A DNA stretch of 64,000 nucleotides from Eledone cirrhosa (taxonomy: Eukaryota), in assembly GCA_964016885.1 (NCBI GenBank), contig OZ024741.1, positions 201,562,001 through 201,626,000 on the forward strand, given 5' to 3'. Below are positions 1-12,289 of the stretch, piece after piece. Made by a program: the position numbers and the translations under genes. The notes beneath the pieces were generated by a model. It searched no databases. It was given only the letters and a program-made list of their open reading frames with translations, and was not told the DNA's origin. The number at the start of each line of letters is the position of its first letter. The first letter of the stretch is position 1.

Positions 1-395
1 TTATACATCTAAAAATAAAAAAATAAAATGAGTTAATTTAAAGTTATAGAAATCAAACTTGACATCAGTGATGTAACCAGGGCAGATCAAGGCCGGTTGC
101 TTCCCTAATGGTCTTATAATTAAGATAATTTCTTGTGCATTGTACCTAGTTCTTTTGTACCAAAACAGAGTTTTAGAACATTCCAATTACATTCTATTCT
201 TGGGTTTTTGAGCCTAAGAAATCAAAGTTTTCCTGGAGGTGCGTGTCCCCAACAACATAGACTTTGATTTTGTTAGCTTGCTCCTCCCCAGTCATTTGAC
301 AAACAATCGTACACTCACTAACATATTCATGGAACAATTTTTTGTTTACGAGAGCATCTGAAGTGTTTCATGTCTACACAGTCTCTTTGAATACT

Positions 396-1983
396 TTAAC
401 AGTAGTCTGCCATCATGCATGTGTTCCATCTACCTTGATATCTCTCCTCCAAAACCTTGATATCTTGATGGAAGCGCTCACCATGCTCATCAATCATGTC
501 TCCAAGATTAGCAGGAAATTCATAGAGATGGCTCTTGAAGAAATCAATTTTTATGCTCATATTGCAGACTAAAAGATGAAAGCTACCAAGCAATATCTCC
601 ACCAAATCCTTGTAGTTTGTAGCCTTTTTGCTGCCCCAAAATTCTTTCACAACAGACACAAATGAATCACATGTTCTCTTCTTTACATCAGTAATTGAGC
701 TCAAGAGGTTTTGGCATTTCATTAACTTTCTGATTTATGTCCTGTCAAAAACACCAGCCTTTATTTTATCATAACTTAGGCCAGGAAATGTTGTACATAT
801 GAATTGAAACAGTCACCCTCCACATTAAGAGATTTGACAAACTGCTTCATTAGTCCTAGTTTATATGAAGGGGTGGGAAGAGGATTTTCTCTCGCCCAAC
901 AAGTGGTTGGTGTATGATATTCTTCTTCCCAACAGTCAAACTATTTCTAACTGGCCAGTGCTTCTGTTCCCAATGTTTGTCTTTCACTCAGCTATCCCAT
1001 AAACACAGGAAACACAGATATTTTGTATACCCTCCTTGTTGGCTAAGTAAACAGTTGACCATTTTCAGATCCACACATGTCCCATTTGTGTTCATCATAC
1101 TTGAGTAAATCTAATACAGTTTTTGTTTAAATGCTTCTCTTTTAAGTGCACCAATAGGGACTGCACCTAACAAGCTTTTATTATGGAGTAATACATGTTT
1201 TAGACTCTTCTTTGGACTATCTATAAAGAGTCTCCATTAATGAGAATCATACTGTGGAGCAACATCACTTTTAACAGTCCCGTCACGTCACATCAGTAAA
1301 CAAAATCATTTACAGTTTTAAAGAATGCCAAGAGATCTTTTTCCCTGTTCTGTTAAAAGTTACATTTGTTTCTTTCTGCAGCATATTCTTCTCTTTAAGT
1401 CTAGAAGGTAACAATTCTGATAACTCTTTTGACAGGCCTAAGTTTCTAATTAAATCATTTAGTTCTGCCAGGATGAAGTGTTTACATACCTTGGTTGCTG
1501 TATCTACAAAGTCTGTATCACTGTTATGTTCATGATATTCATCTGATATACATATATCACTACCATCTTCTAGTGAAGGTAATTCTGTGTAAACGGGTAC
1601 TGGTACTTCATATGAGTGAAGCACAGGACAAATTGCAGAATCCAGATATGGGTAACTTATTTTCTGTTGAATTTTCTTGCTATAACCAGAAGTCTTTGTA
1701 AGACAAAAGTAGCAATCTTCTGCATGGTTCTTTGGCTCCCACCATACCTTAAGAATGCCAAATGCTAGTTGTTTCCATTGGCATAGATTTTTGACACATG
1801 GTTTACATACATTGTGCAGGACCCACAATTTATCCTGATCACCAAGCTTAAGCTTAAAGTAAGCCAAGTAAGCTCTTTCCACAAATTCACTAATGTCCAT
1901 TCTTTGACGTGGTACTGTAAAACTACTGCATATATAGCAAAAAAGTTAGGGGAATGCAAGCATTTACTTTGTAATGAAGCCAT
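396..1983 (-). pseudogene. Fragmented transposase (Chapaev-like) pseudogene
   Basis: Starts MASLQSKCLHSP at 1983 and has several frameshifts; C-terminal DEHGERFHQD motif. Confidence 0.7.
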
Positions 1984-2079
1984 GCTACTGAACACCTGTC
2001 TTATTTCTTAAAATCAATATAAAAAGAGGGAAAATAATTATTAGATATAATATATTTATATATCTAGGTGTATCTAGAT

Positions 2080-4533
2080 CAGGGGTTCCCAACCTTTTTG
2101 TCGTTATCGCCCACTTTTCCACACAAAAATTCCCATCGCCCACCTGTGCAGTAATTTTAAGGATGCAAAAATAAAGCATTATTCAGAACGGTTGCTTAAA
2201 AATTGAAATATTTATTGAGATGAAATATTGCAAAATGGGCATTCGGAGTTGAAACGTTATTCAGAAGAATGAAGTTTTTGATTGCTAAATGTTTCTCAAT
2301 GAAACAAAATTGAAAAATGATACATGTATTAAATGTTTAACAAACTCACCATGTTTAGTTTTCAGTGTGATCCTTGAGGCTGATCCGATGCAGCTAGTGC
2401 AGACACATTTGGTTGCAAACTGGTCAATTTTAATCGCAAGTCTCCTCGTTTGGCTACATCCAGTCCACTTCTGCTTTTAGAAATTAAAGTACCAACGTGA
2501 CTTAAACCAGATTCGACCAAGTACGACGTTGGGAAGGCAAGCAAAATTAATTTCAAATGCTTCCATAGGTTGGTGTAAGAATTCAATATACTTTGATGAT
2601 ACCACAAGCCTTCTTTGCCATGAAGCCGATATCGCATTGTGGCCTCATTATCATTTTGCAATTCAATTAGCTCCTCCTGAATGTCGTCCTCGCAATAGAC
2701 TGCTTGGACTTCAAACGGATTGCTATACCAATTTGGAATATTCTGTGTAATAACATCTTGAAATCGCTCCACCATGTCATCATGCAATGATTGTAGATAG
2801 TCACGATGGGTAACGATATCCTCATCAACCAATTCATCTTTCAAAGAATCCAGTTGTGGAAAATGATGCAATTGACATTTGGAAATGTTTATTTTATACA
2901 GGACCAATTTTGAAATGAAGGCAGTGATAAATGATTTACAGTCGACAAGAGTTTTTTTTGCTTTCCTTGCCACAACTTAATCAAATCATTAAGTTTAGTG
3001 AATATATCGCTCAGAAAAGAAATATCGCGCTTTGCAGCAATCAATGAAGCCGACAGAGGAGTACTTTCAAAGAAAGATATGATCATATGAAACAGTTCAA
3101 CAAAGCAAACAATACAGTTGCCCTTTGACAGCCATCGTACTTCGGTATGGTACAAAAGCCTAACAAAGTCATCATCATTATCGAGACACAGTTGACAGAA
3201 AATTCGATCAGACAAGGAATTTGATTTCAGTTTATTCACAGTCTTGATAACCAACTGCAGCGCATCATTCAACCGACCATTGATATTTTTTGCCACTAAA
3301 TGTTGTCGGTGTATCACACAATGAACTGTTAAAATCTGATGAGAAATTTCAAGCTTTAGGAGAGATGAAAAACCTCTGTATCTTCCAACCATAGAAGGGG
3401 CTCCATCAGGCGCACAGGCAATAATATTGGTCAGTGGGATATGATGTTCAGAAAGGAAACGCTTAAGCATATCAAAAATAGATGTACCTTTTGAATCAAG
3501 CAGCAAGTTCTCTGTCAACAGCATTTCCTCACAAGGTTGAAGGTATTCATTGAAATATCGAACATAAACCATCATCAAACATTGGTTATCTATAACGGTT
3601 GACTCATCCACTTGTATAGAAAATTCAGAACACTGGAGAATTTGAATGAGTTGATGTTTGACATCGGTGGTCATTTCATCTATTCGTCGAGAAATTGTAT
3701 TGTTATTAAGTGGAATTTTCTTGTCAAAGCAATGTTTCTCCTACAGTGTGGGACTTCCCGGTCTTTGTGACCAGTAATGCAATATTGTACAATGCAATCA
3801 TACCGTCATTTTCCTGTACAGTTGCTTCCCTAAACATCGTGTTCAGTGTTTTCCACTTTTCGAAAGAGGCCTTAAGTTGCAAAAAATATGACAACGGTTT
3901 GTCTTTTTTGTCAGAATGATTGGAATCAAAATGATATTTCAAGCGTGAAGGTTTCATGGCTTCATTGCTCAAAGTTTGCTGGCATAGAAGACACATGGGT
4001 AATTGACAGTTCTGAGGAGAAGCAATAAATCCATATGATAAATAATCAATGCTGTACTGGCGACAAGTTTTCTTTACCGGAGGCATCAGGGAAGTTAAAA
4101 TTCGAAAAAAGAATTCATTGAGGCGGAATTGGCGAAGGCAGAAATTCACGATACGCGACAACAGCAGTGTTAACACGTTTTGCCGTTGGTCTTGTGTCAT
4201 CACCTGTTTTAGCTTACCGATGCACGCGGATGTGTGCGCGTCCAATGCGAGCTGTCCATGCGAGCTGTTCGGCAGCCGTAAACTGCTAGACATGAATCAG
4301 TTGAAAACAGATGAATTACAGTCATACAGCTGGATACTACTTCCTTAGTCTAGACTAGGGAAGAGGGAATCCGAGCTCTGTGATTACAGCATACCAGCCA
4401 TTATATGATCAATAACATACTTAATTACCGAAAATCCTTTGTCGCCCACCATTTCCTAAAAATTCGTTCATCATCCACCCGATAGTTGAGATCTCCCACC
4501 GGTGAGCGATATCACCCAGGTTGGGAAACTCTG
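2080..4533 (-). mobile_element. Full-length hAT transposon (Buster/Charlie group)
   Basis: TIRs CAGGGGTTCCCAACC (2080-2094) and GGTTGGGAAACTCTG (4519-4533) match 13/15. Perfect 8-bp TSD ATCTAGAT at 2072-2079 and 4534-4541. Subterminal ATCGCCCAC-like repeats at both ends. Confidence 0.95.
2362..4086 (-). pseudogene. Buster/ZBED5-like hAT transposase with two frameshifts
   Basis: BED finger (RQYSIDYLSYGF...CLLC...MKPSRLKYHF...H), DESTV, DGAPSM, HCVIHRQHL, EVRWLSKG and FPTSYLVESGLS across ORFs 3724-4293, 2889-3674 and 2362-2973. Likely ATG (MPPVKK) at 4086. Confidence 0.92.
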
Positions 4534-4769
4534 ATCTAGATAGATAAAAAGATGTCTAAATTCATAGGTAAAATATCAACATAAACTTGTATCTATGATA
4601 TCTCTTGTAGCTATGGGTGGGGTCAATATGGACCACCCCATAGACAAAAAAAAAATTGATGTGATAGAAAAAAGTATTGTCATTTTTAAACTTAGCAGGC
4701 CCCAAATTACTCAAGAACAGGTTTCAAACTTAGGTCAGCAGAAAAAAAACAAAATTTTGTTGACTATTA

Positions 4770-5230
4770 TTACATACATCCTTACTGAGGAAGGAAGTGG
4801 GTGGTGAAACGCTATGTGTGTGTTTGTGTCAATGTATGTCTGTGTGTGTTTGTGTTAGTGTATGTGTGAATGTATGTGAGAGTGTATGTGTGTTTGCGCA
4901 TTTATATTTATATACTCATACACAACTCATACATGTAAATGTATACATATGCATATACATACACACACACAATTGTAATGAATCCTAGAATGCAATGCTG
5001 TTTATGTATCTATGTGTTGACTGAGGAAGGAAGGAGGCGGTGAAACACTATGTGTGTGTTTGTGTGAGTATATGTGTGAGAGTGTATGTCTCTTTGCACG
5101 TTATATATATATATATATATACTCATACACAACTCATACATAGAATGCTGAGTATGTAATAATTATTGTGTATATGTGTGTGTGTATGTGAGAGAGAGTG
5201 TATGTGTGTTTGTGTGAATGTATGTCTGTA
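4770..5230 (+). repeat. Two tandem ~236-bp units with a CTGAGGA...GAAAC core; third copy at ~56890-57055 (-)
   Basis: ctgaggaaggaag..g.ggtgaaac at 4785 and 5021, each followed by TG-rich sequence and actcatacacaactcatacat. Confidence 0.7.
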
Positions 5231-6169
5231 GCAGTAATTTGATATTTTTTTCAACTGAGTTACTTTTACACTATCAAATCAGCCTCCAAGAAGCTGACTT
5301 CTGTGGCCTCATAGATAAGTTCACATTGTGAATTGCTTTTGAGTTGCCAATATGCCTGAGATTTTGACATATCAAATAGCCATCTGCTTGTTCTTAGGTC
5401 TCGGAGACAAAGGAAGGGATCTTCTTAAATATCCTGCTCTCAGAGTCAAGTGGTTCAGTTAGAGAGTTGAATTCTAGCAGTTAACATGTAGTCCACTGCT
5501 TCAGACAGACCACCTGTGACTAACTCTCTCTCGACAAAGCCAGCGAAATTCTTTACATCAACAGAAGTTTGGTAAATACATTTTTGTTAATACCTTTACA
5601 AGCAAACACGCATACACATAACATCACACAATTCATCTGTGGTTATTTGTTCTTCATGTATTGTCATATAGCTTCGGTGAAAGTTATATCTAATAAATTA
5701 GTAACATAGTGGCCTTGTGTTATTGTGGTTTATATATTTCATTTCCTGTGTTCAAGGTCAATTACCTACCTAAGAAACCATCATATCATCATCATCATAA
5801 TGAACACTTACTCACTTACTTACACACCCGCAATCTCTGGTCACATCGGTTTTCCCTTGCCTAGAAGTACACAACAGTGACCACACCACTAAGCAAACCA
5901 CAAGTGAGTACACACACACAACAACCGAATCAACACAACAACAAAACCATTTGTCCTGCTATATGTCTGTGTGTGTTTGTGTTAGTATATGTGTATGAGT
6001 ATACGTGTGTGTAAGAAGATATATAACAGCCGCAGTTGCAAGATATATATACAAATACATATTTACCCTTAACTTATCAGTTCATACATGTGCCTAATAT
6101 ATCTATATTAAGAAATTTATTACATACATTTATTATTTGCATAAAGAAGCACCTCAATAAAATGGATTT

Positions 6170-8215
6170 ATTCTTTCTACGCCAAGGAAGATGGTTTCAA
6201 GCTACTCGAGAAAGGATACAGAGCCAGGATCAGACATGAACAATGAGAAGAAATAATAGGAGAAAGAAGACAACATCGGAGAAGTGAGGAAATGAATGAA
6301 GACCATAGGCATGTCATTTTAGAACAAGGTAGATTAAGACAACAGAAAAGAAGAAAAAATATGCTTCAAGACAAATGGCAAGAATATCTGGAGAAACAAA
6401 GATTCAGATAACAAGAAAGCAGAGATAATATGGTCGCAGAAGAACATGCTTTACATTTACAGCATGATCAGCTTAGGTAGCTAGAAAGGAGATATCACAT
6501 TATAAGAATAAACGAACACATTATTAATAAAAAACATATACCCAAGACAAAAGAGCAGTCATCAGCATAGCTTGCAATATTGCCAACCTATTTATGTATG
6601 GTGGGAAATGAGATTCAAAGAACACCTAGCAGAAAACTCCATAGCCCTCATCATGTACTCACATTATGTAGACAACATTAAAATAGTAATAAAAACACCT
6701 TCACAAGAGAGTACCTATGAACCCAAATTAGAAGCTAACACCAAGGAGAGCATCCAGCAAAAAGCTAACTCGATATACCTGAGCATCAAAGTAACTATAG
6801 ACTACCCTAACAATAGTCTACCAGTATTAGACATTGAATTCTGGTTACATACTATAAACGAGAGAGCTCAAATCTTCCACTCACATTATGTTAAACACAT
6901 GACCTAATAAACAAAAACTCAGCAATGTCCAATAGTGCTAAGTTTCATTTCCAGGATTGCAAACATTGTAAGAGTGATGAAAGATGTGTCCCACATGTAT
7001 GATCCAACTGAACTAGAAAGACATGTACAACACTTCATCAATCGCATACAGTTCTCTGGCTACAAACAAAGAGACAAAATCAGGGTGTATATAGGGACCA
7101 CAACAAAATACAAGACCCTCATAGAGATGGGCATGAAAGGGATTTGCTCACTGTACAGGAGAAAATCATGGAACAGCACAGATAGGACTAGGCAAAAATA
7201 GGGAAAGCCAACTCATGGTACAACAACCAGCAATATCAGAGTGTCACCCTGGAGGTGAACGAGCTAGTCAATTTAGAAAGATCCTAAGAAAAACCTATTT
7301 AAATACGAAAGTGGTAGAAAAGCCAAATACTTCCATAAAACCCCTGATCAGTAAAATTTACCCCTTTAAGAAAACCCTCTGTACAAATAAGAAATGTGTA
7401 ATATGTAGAGTAAGTACACAAATAAATTGTAAAACTAGAAATGTAGCCTATAGCATAAGATGCACACAGGCTGTCTCTCCTATGTATGTCGTTGTCATGA
7501 CAACAATATACATAGGAGAGGGATTAGATGAACACTTGAGTGAATTAAAAGGACAAAAAGGTAATTCAGTACTATATGAACACGCCAGACTAAGACATGG
7601 TGGTAATATAGACAACATAGTAATTAAAATTCTAAATATAGGAATGACTCCACAATTAGACAAATTAGGGAGGCTACAGAAATAGAATTAAGAAAACCTA
7701 GGCTGAACAGAAAACATGAATGGAATAACAACCAAACACAAACACACACTAGTGATCTAAGATAAAACATAAATATACACAGATGCAATAACAACACCCA
7801 CTCATAAACACACACTAGTGACCAAAGATAGAATATAAACACATAAACACACACTCAGACATGAACACACACCAAACAGAATACACGCACACAAACGAAT
7901 GCGCAGAGACAAAAAAAACAAAACATTATAGGGGTACAACGGGATGAAACATGATAATCACTGATGATGTCACAGATATGTGTGACGAAAGAACTTTGAG
8001 AAACTATATTTATATTTGTATTTTTAACTGTTGGTTAATCAATGAATGTCAGCTAAATTATTTATAGAAATATAAAATATATTGAAGCGAAAACCAAACC
8101 AAACCAAACCAAACTGAATGTGTTCTATAATATTTTTCTGGCAACATGACCCTCCCCAAATATAACAATATTTGTTTCAAAACACGATTTCATATGAAAA
8201 ACCTTGCAAAACATT
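6170..8215 (+). mobile_element. Degenerate Penelope-like retroelement (RT + Cys-rich linker + GIY-YIG) with 3' pseudo-LTR
   Basis: ORF 6572-6907 has YVDN (YVDD-like) and LPVLD. ORF 7215-7685 has C..C...C, VAYSIRC, IYIGE, LDEH and LYEHARLRH. Hammerhead core at 7961. The tail catgaccctcccc...aaccttgcaaaac recurs at 44870-44937 and 55330-55400. Confidence 0.8.
7957..8000 (+). ncRNA. Candidate minimal type-I hammerhead ribozyme in the Penelope pLTR
   Basis: TCA-CTGATGA-T-GTCACA-gatatg-TGTGAC-GAAA-GAAC-TT-TGA: intact core boxes, 6-bp stem II, 3-bp stem I. Confidence 0.6.
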
Positions 8216-8658
8216 GACAATATTTGGTTATTCAAATATACTTCTCGTATTTAGTTAGTATTCTGAATAAGCTATCTGCTTTTTAAGTATTAACATCAAT
8301 TTCATGTGGCTTATGTTTTCAACTGTAATATAATTTGTATCAGTTTGAAAGAAAACATAAAATTACATTTTCCTCCTCTTTAACCACTATTTTTAGGTAA
8401 ATTTAACAGAAAGAAAAGAATTTCACCTAACGTGAAATTAAAATATACTTCCGTTAAAGACAGAATTAACTGCCCCTTATTTTCTTATTCAATCCAGAAG
8501 TAATTATTCATAATTCAACAAGACAACTGATGTAACCCGGATGATAATTGGTGATATTTATTAATTTAACAAAGAAAATTAAGATTTAGGGAAAAAACAA
8601 CAATTATTATTATAGTTTTTAATTTAAATTTCGCTTTTGAAACTTCACTTTGATACGA

Positions 8659-8675
8659 TGCGCATGTCCGGAAAT
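8659..8675 (+). promoter_or_regulatory. NRF1-like (TGCGCATG) and ETS-like (CCGGAAAT) motifs upstream of the MAP4K start
   Basis: Adjacent motifs typical of metazoan housekeeping promoters, ~140-150 nt before the ATG in a TE-free stretch. Confidence 0.4.
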
Positions 8676-8811
8676 TCTGGGTGACATGTTCCAGTCGTAA
8701 TTTTAGGTTCCAGAGAATGTCTTGTGTAATGAAATCTAAACAGAGAAATATGAAAGAGAAAGAAATACGTGATTGATACCAGTATTACATTTGGATATTA
8801 CAGTCTTAGCA

Positions 8812-8910
8812 ATGTGTGCAGCTCCTGTTGAAATTTTACGAAGAAATCCCCAAGAAGATTTCGAACTTATTCAGCGCGTCGGAAGTGGAACGTACGGTGA
8901 TGTTTATAAG
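8812..8910 (+). CDS. MAP4K5: First coding exon of a GCK-I Ste20 kinase, MAP4K3/MAP4K5-like (happyhour orthologue)
   Basis: Translates [33 protein letters not shown], matching the MAP4K3/5 N-terminus with the GSGTYG glycine loop. Ends at a phase-0 donor AAG|GTTAGC. The MAP4K3 vs MAP4K5 name cannot be resolved from 33 aa. Confidence 0.93.
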
Positions 8911-11229
8911 GTTAGCTTTGTTCATTTTCTTATTTAAATATGTTATCATTAATGATACATCACAGTGTATTTCTTATTAAACCGTATCCATGCAGCTTAA
9001 CAATTTCTAATTTCACTTGATCGTTATGTTTTAAAATGTATTTTGGCAACTGTCATATTAAACGATTATGTTTATAATCGAAATCCTTTTAGAAAATGTT
9101 TCTTTTGTTTATATAAGATTCTGTTTCTAAGAATCTTACTGTGGATAATGCTTTTTCATTTTGTTCCATCTTTGCTAACATTAAGAAATAACCAAAACAT
9201 ACACACATACACTCACGCACACACATACACACATACACACACTTGATTGGCACTTCATTTTTGTATTTACAAACGCAATGTTAGTGGTTATCTTGACGAT
9301 ACTGAAGATGATTTTATTTATTTATTTTCATTTTTCAAAGCAGCCAACTGTTATTTTCATTAGCATTATTTCTGTTGACGAGATTGCTATGAATTCGTGA
9401 AATGTTAATACTTGTTCTGTATCAAATCGCCTAAAATGTCATTCAATCAGTTATTGCGACTCATTTAGAAAAGACATTCTCAGAACAAATTATCATCTCA
9501 ACTTTGTTTTGTAGTTAACATTTTTAGATATTAATTAGTCAACACATTCTAAAATATTAATTACAATAATTGATGTGTTTTGTTTGTTTTTGTTTATTAA
9601 TAAACAGGTCGTTTCTATCACGTAGCATTCGAATTCCATTCGTCTGTAAGGATGTGTAGTCGTCTCTAAAATGTAGGGTATAAAAATTACTCCCAAGCAT
9701 CTAGTTATTTTAATGAGACATTTTTTTGTTGTGATGTGAATATGGTATAATATAGTTAGCAGCCTCTTTCTTATCAATTGTCATTGTAAATGATCTATTT
9801 TACTTGCTGTGCATTAGAGGACATCAGTCTTCTTTCTTTCCCCATGGCTGAACTTTATAGCAAGAAAATATTTCCACTACATAATTCATCCCTACGATAC
9901 GAAACTTATGACGTATGAAATAGAAGATAAAAAAAAAAGAAATGAAAATTAAACGATTTAGATATGTTAGTGTTAAAAATGAAAATATGTATATCGATAG
10001 TCATTGAGCACGTTATTTTCAAACTTTTATCTCAACTCGGGATAGTCTTCAGTGTGATACATAATATGTTGTTTTTAAAAATTGTGCAATAATTTTTTTT
10101 TTTCAAGATCTGTCGATCATGGCGAAGCTTCGTGTAATATTTTTCGTTAATGATGGCAACTTGTGTATGCAATAATCAAAACATTTGCTAGTGATTTGTT
10201 CATTCTGGAGATTGCAGCGGAACGCTTACCACATTACTGTTCGTTGTCCGTTCATTAGTATGTATATGTATACACGGCTCATATATAAACTGACGATTTA
10301 TAGATAATATGAACAAACTCTACACCATGTATTGAACACTATCTTCTTTCTTTTATAAATTGTTTTACATATATAAATACATACATACACCCATATAGCA
10401 ACCTGCAATAGTATTAACTATAACGAACGAATCAACGATAACAACAATGATTAATATTTTTATTTCAAGAAATTCATAATGTACATATTCTGTAATTACT
10501 ATATTTTAAAATATCTTTATATAGGGACTTAATCAACGCCTCCGTACGTTGGTAATTGAAGTTAGATTTATTAAATATAAATTATATGGAAAATAAAACT
10601 ACAAACGAAATTATATAAAAGTGAATTTTGTTTTTTTGATAACCTTCCTAATTTTATCCACCCACTGACACCGTAGGAGTGGTTTAATTTTTAAGGAAAC
10701 CTTTGCTGGAAGAACGTTTCATAATTTGAACTTATACATTAATCAGAATAGCCTTCCATCCTAACTTCTTAGCCACCTGCTTCCCCGCTATTACGTTTGT
10801 TGTGTGTATGCGACTAATTAATGCCCGCAATAAATATTCAAGTTACCAGAACTATCCTACTCTTAGATGTAAAACTCAAATAAATGAATGATTGTGTAGA
10901 CATCTATGTCAATCATCTTCCTTTTCAAATAATATTTCATTTGTTAGAATGTAGATACCCTTTTTAAACACATAGTTTATTATGGTCCATGTGCAGCAAA
11001 ATGTTTAGCCATGCGAATTGTATGCAGATTGGAATTTCATAATCTAGATATTTAAATACTAAATATGGAAAAATAAATAGATAAATAAAACGAAATATCC
11101 AGATACCCTAAATTGTTCACGCAAATAAAGTAAATGTAGCTTAACTGCCTACTTATAGAATTAAGGTGTATTTTAATTAACCATGTACTCTTAACCTGAT
11201 CCTCATGAAAGCTCAACAGGATAATATCT

Positions 11230-11600
11230 GACAAGGATGACCCTTTAAATTACTAGTACAGTCGACGTGACGGGCTTCTACAAGTTTCCATCTACCCAAT
11301 TTCACTAAAAGGGTTTGGGTCATCAGTTTGATTCGTCATTAAATTAGCATGTAAATGGCTGAGTATTCCACATATATGTGTACCCTTGATACAATTTTCG
11401 AGTAGGATCAGTGTGACAGTGACTAGACTAGGTCATTGAATTACATCACAGTCCATCTGATGGGCATCTACACAGTTTCTGTCTACCCAATTTCATGACT
11501 TGGGTTAGCGTGAAAGATAATTACCCTAGAAAAACAGTAGGATTGAACCTGAGACCCCATGATTGCCAAGCAAACTTAACTATTCAGCTATACCAGCATC
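11230..11600 (-). mobile_element. Old cephalopod-type tRNA-derived SINE remnants
   Basis: Degenerate B-box (ggattgaacctgagacc), cagtttctgtctacccaatttca and ggctgagtattccaca...gtgtaccctt blocks; the central block is partly repeated at 11270-11320. Confidence 0.55.
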
Positions 11601-11645
<45 letters not shown>

Positions 11646-11699
11646 CCTACTGTTTTTCTAGGGTAATTATCTTTCACGTTAACCCAATATATATATATA

Positions 11700-12175
11700 G
11701 GTAAAATAAATTAAACAAAAAAAAAACTGAAGGTATTAATAATAATTGTTTCTATTTTAGGCACAAGGCCAGCAATAACCCAGTACATTACTGGTACTTT
11801 ATTTTAATAATAAAAGTAATAATAATGAGAACATTAAAAGAAGTATTATAGGATAAAGGCTTGTACATAAGTATGCACTGACCAGTGTGGAAGCATGTAT
11901 TAACGAGAATATAGTTTATAAAACATGTATACATATACACGTGTACATATGTGCATGTACACATGTAAGCACACGTTCGTTTGCATGTGCTCACACAAAT
12001 GTATGCATATACTTGCACATATACGCATATAATATGCATATACTTGCACATATACGCATATAATATGCATACACGCATGCATATACGTATATACACATAC
12101 ATAAATATTCAGTATATGCATGCACATACACGTACATGTGCCCTCACCTACTTACAAAAGATATGCATACATATA
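11700..12175. repeat. Unclassified interspersed repeat with ACAT-rich tail; second copy at ~23345-23720
   Basis: Shared text gaaggtattaataata...cattaaaag...gcttgtacataagta...gatatagtttataaaac in both copies. The first copy carries a SINE 3' fragment at ~11747-11804. Confidence 0.7.
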
Positions 12176-12177
12176 TA

Positions 12178-12278
12178 CAGGGTGTCCCCAAATATGTATA
12201 CACACTTCAACAGCATTCTAATAAATATTGCCTGTACAGGTCACCCAAAGTGTGTATACATTTTTTTGGGACAACGTG
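12178..12278. mobile_element. ~100-bp Tc1/mariner-type MITE
   Basis: Imperfect ~30-bp TIRs cagggtgtccccaaatatgtatacacactt / aagtgtgtatacatttttttgggacaacgtg in a TA context. Confidence 0.6.
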
Positions 12279-12289
12279 TGTATATATAC

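Larger units (their letters stand above)
396..4768 (-). mobile_element. Degenerate DNA transposon, probably CMC/Chapaev3-like, interrupted by a hAT insertion
   Basis: Frameshifted minus-strand ORFs 1765-1995, 1310-1900 and 396-722 carry LGDQDK.W..H.VC..C, W.EPKNH..DCYFC and SHL..FP.NLG...DEHGERFHQDI..E.RYQG.W..MMADYC. A terminal-like sequence ending aaaattttgttgacta lies at ~4750-4766. Superfamily assigned from recalled motifs; the left end was not located. Confidence 0.65.

Noticed and set aside
2362-4293. Domesticated ZBED5/ZBED8-like host gene
   Set aside because: Frameshifted and bounded by TIRs and a TSD, so it is a transposon copy.
5280-5600. Possible exon of a divergent gene
   Set aside because: The minus-strand frames tried hit stops and showed no recognisable motif; left unannotated.
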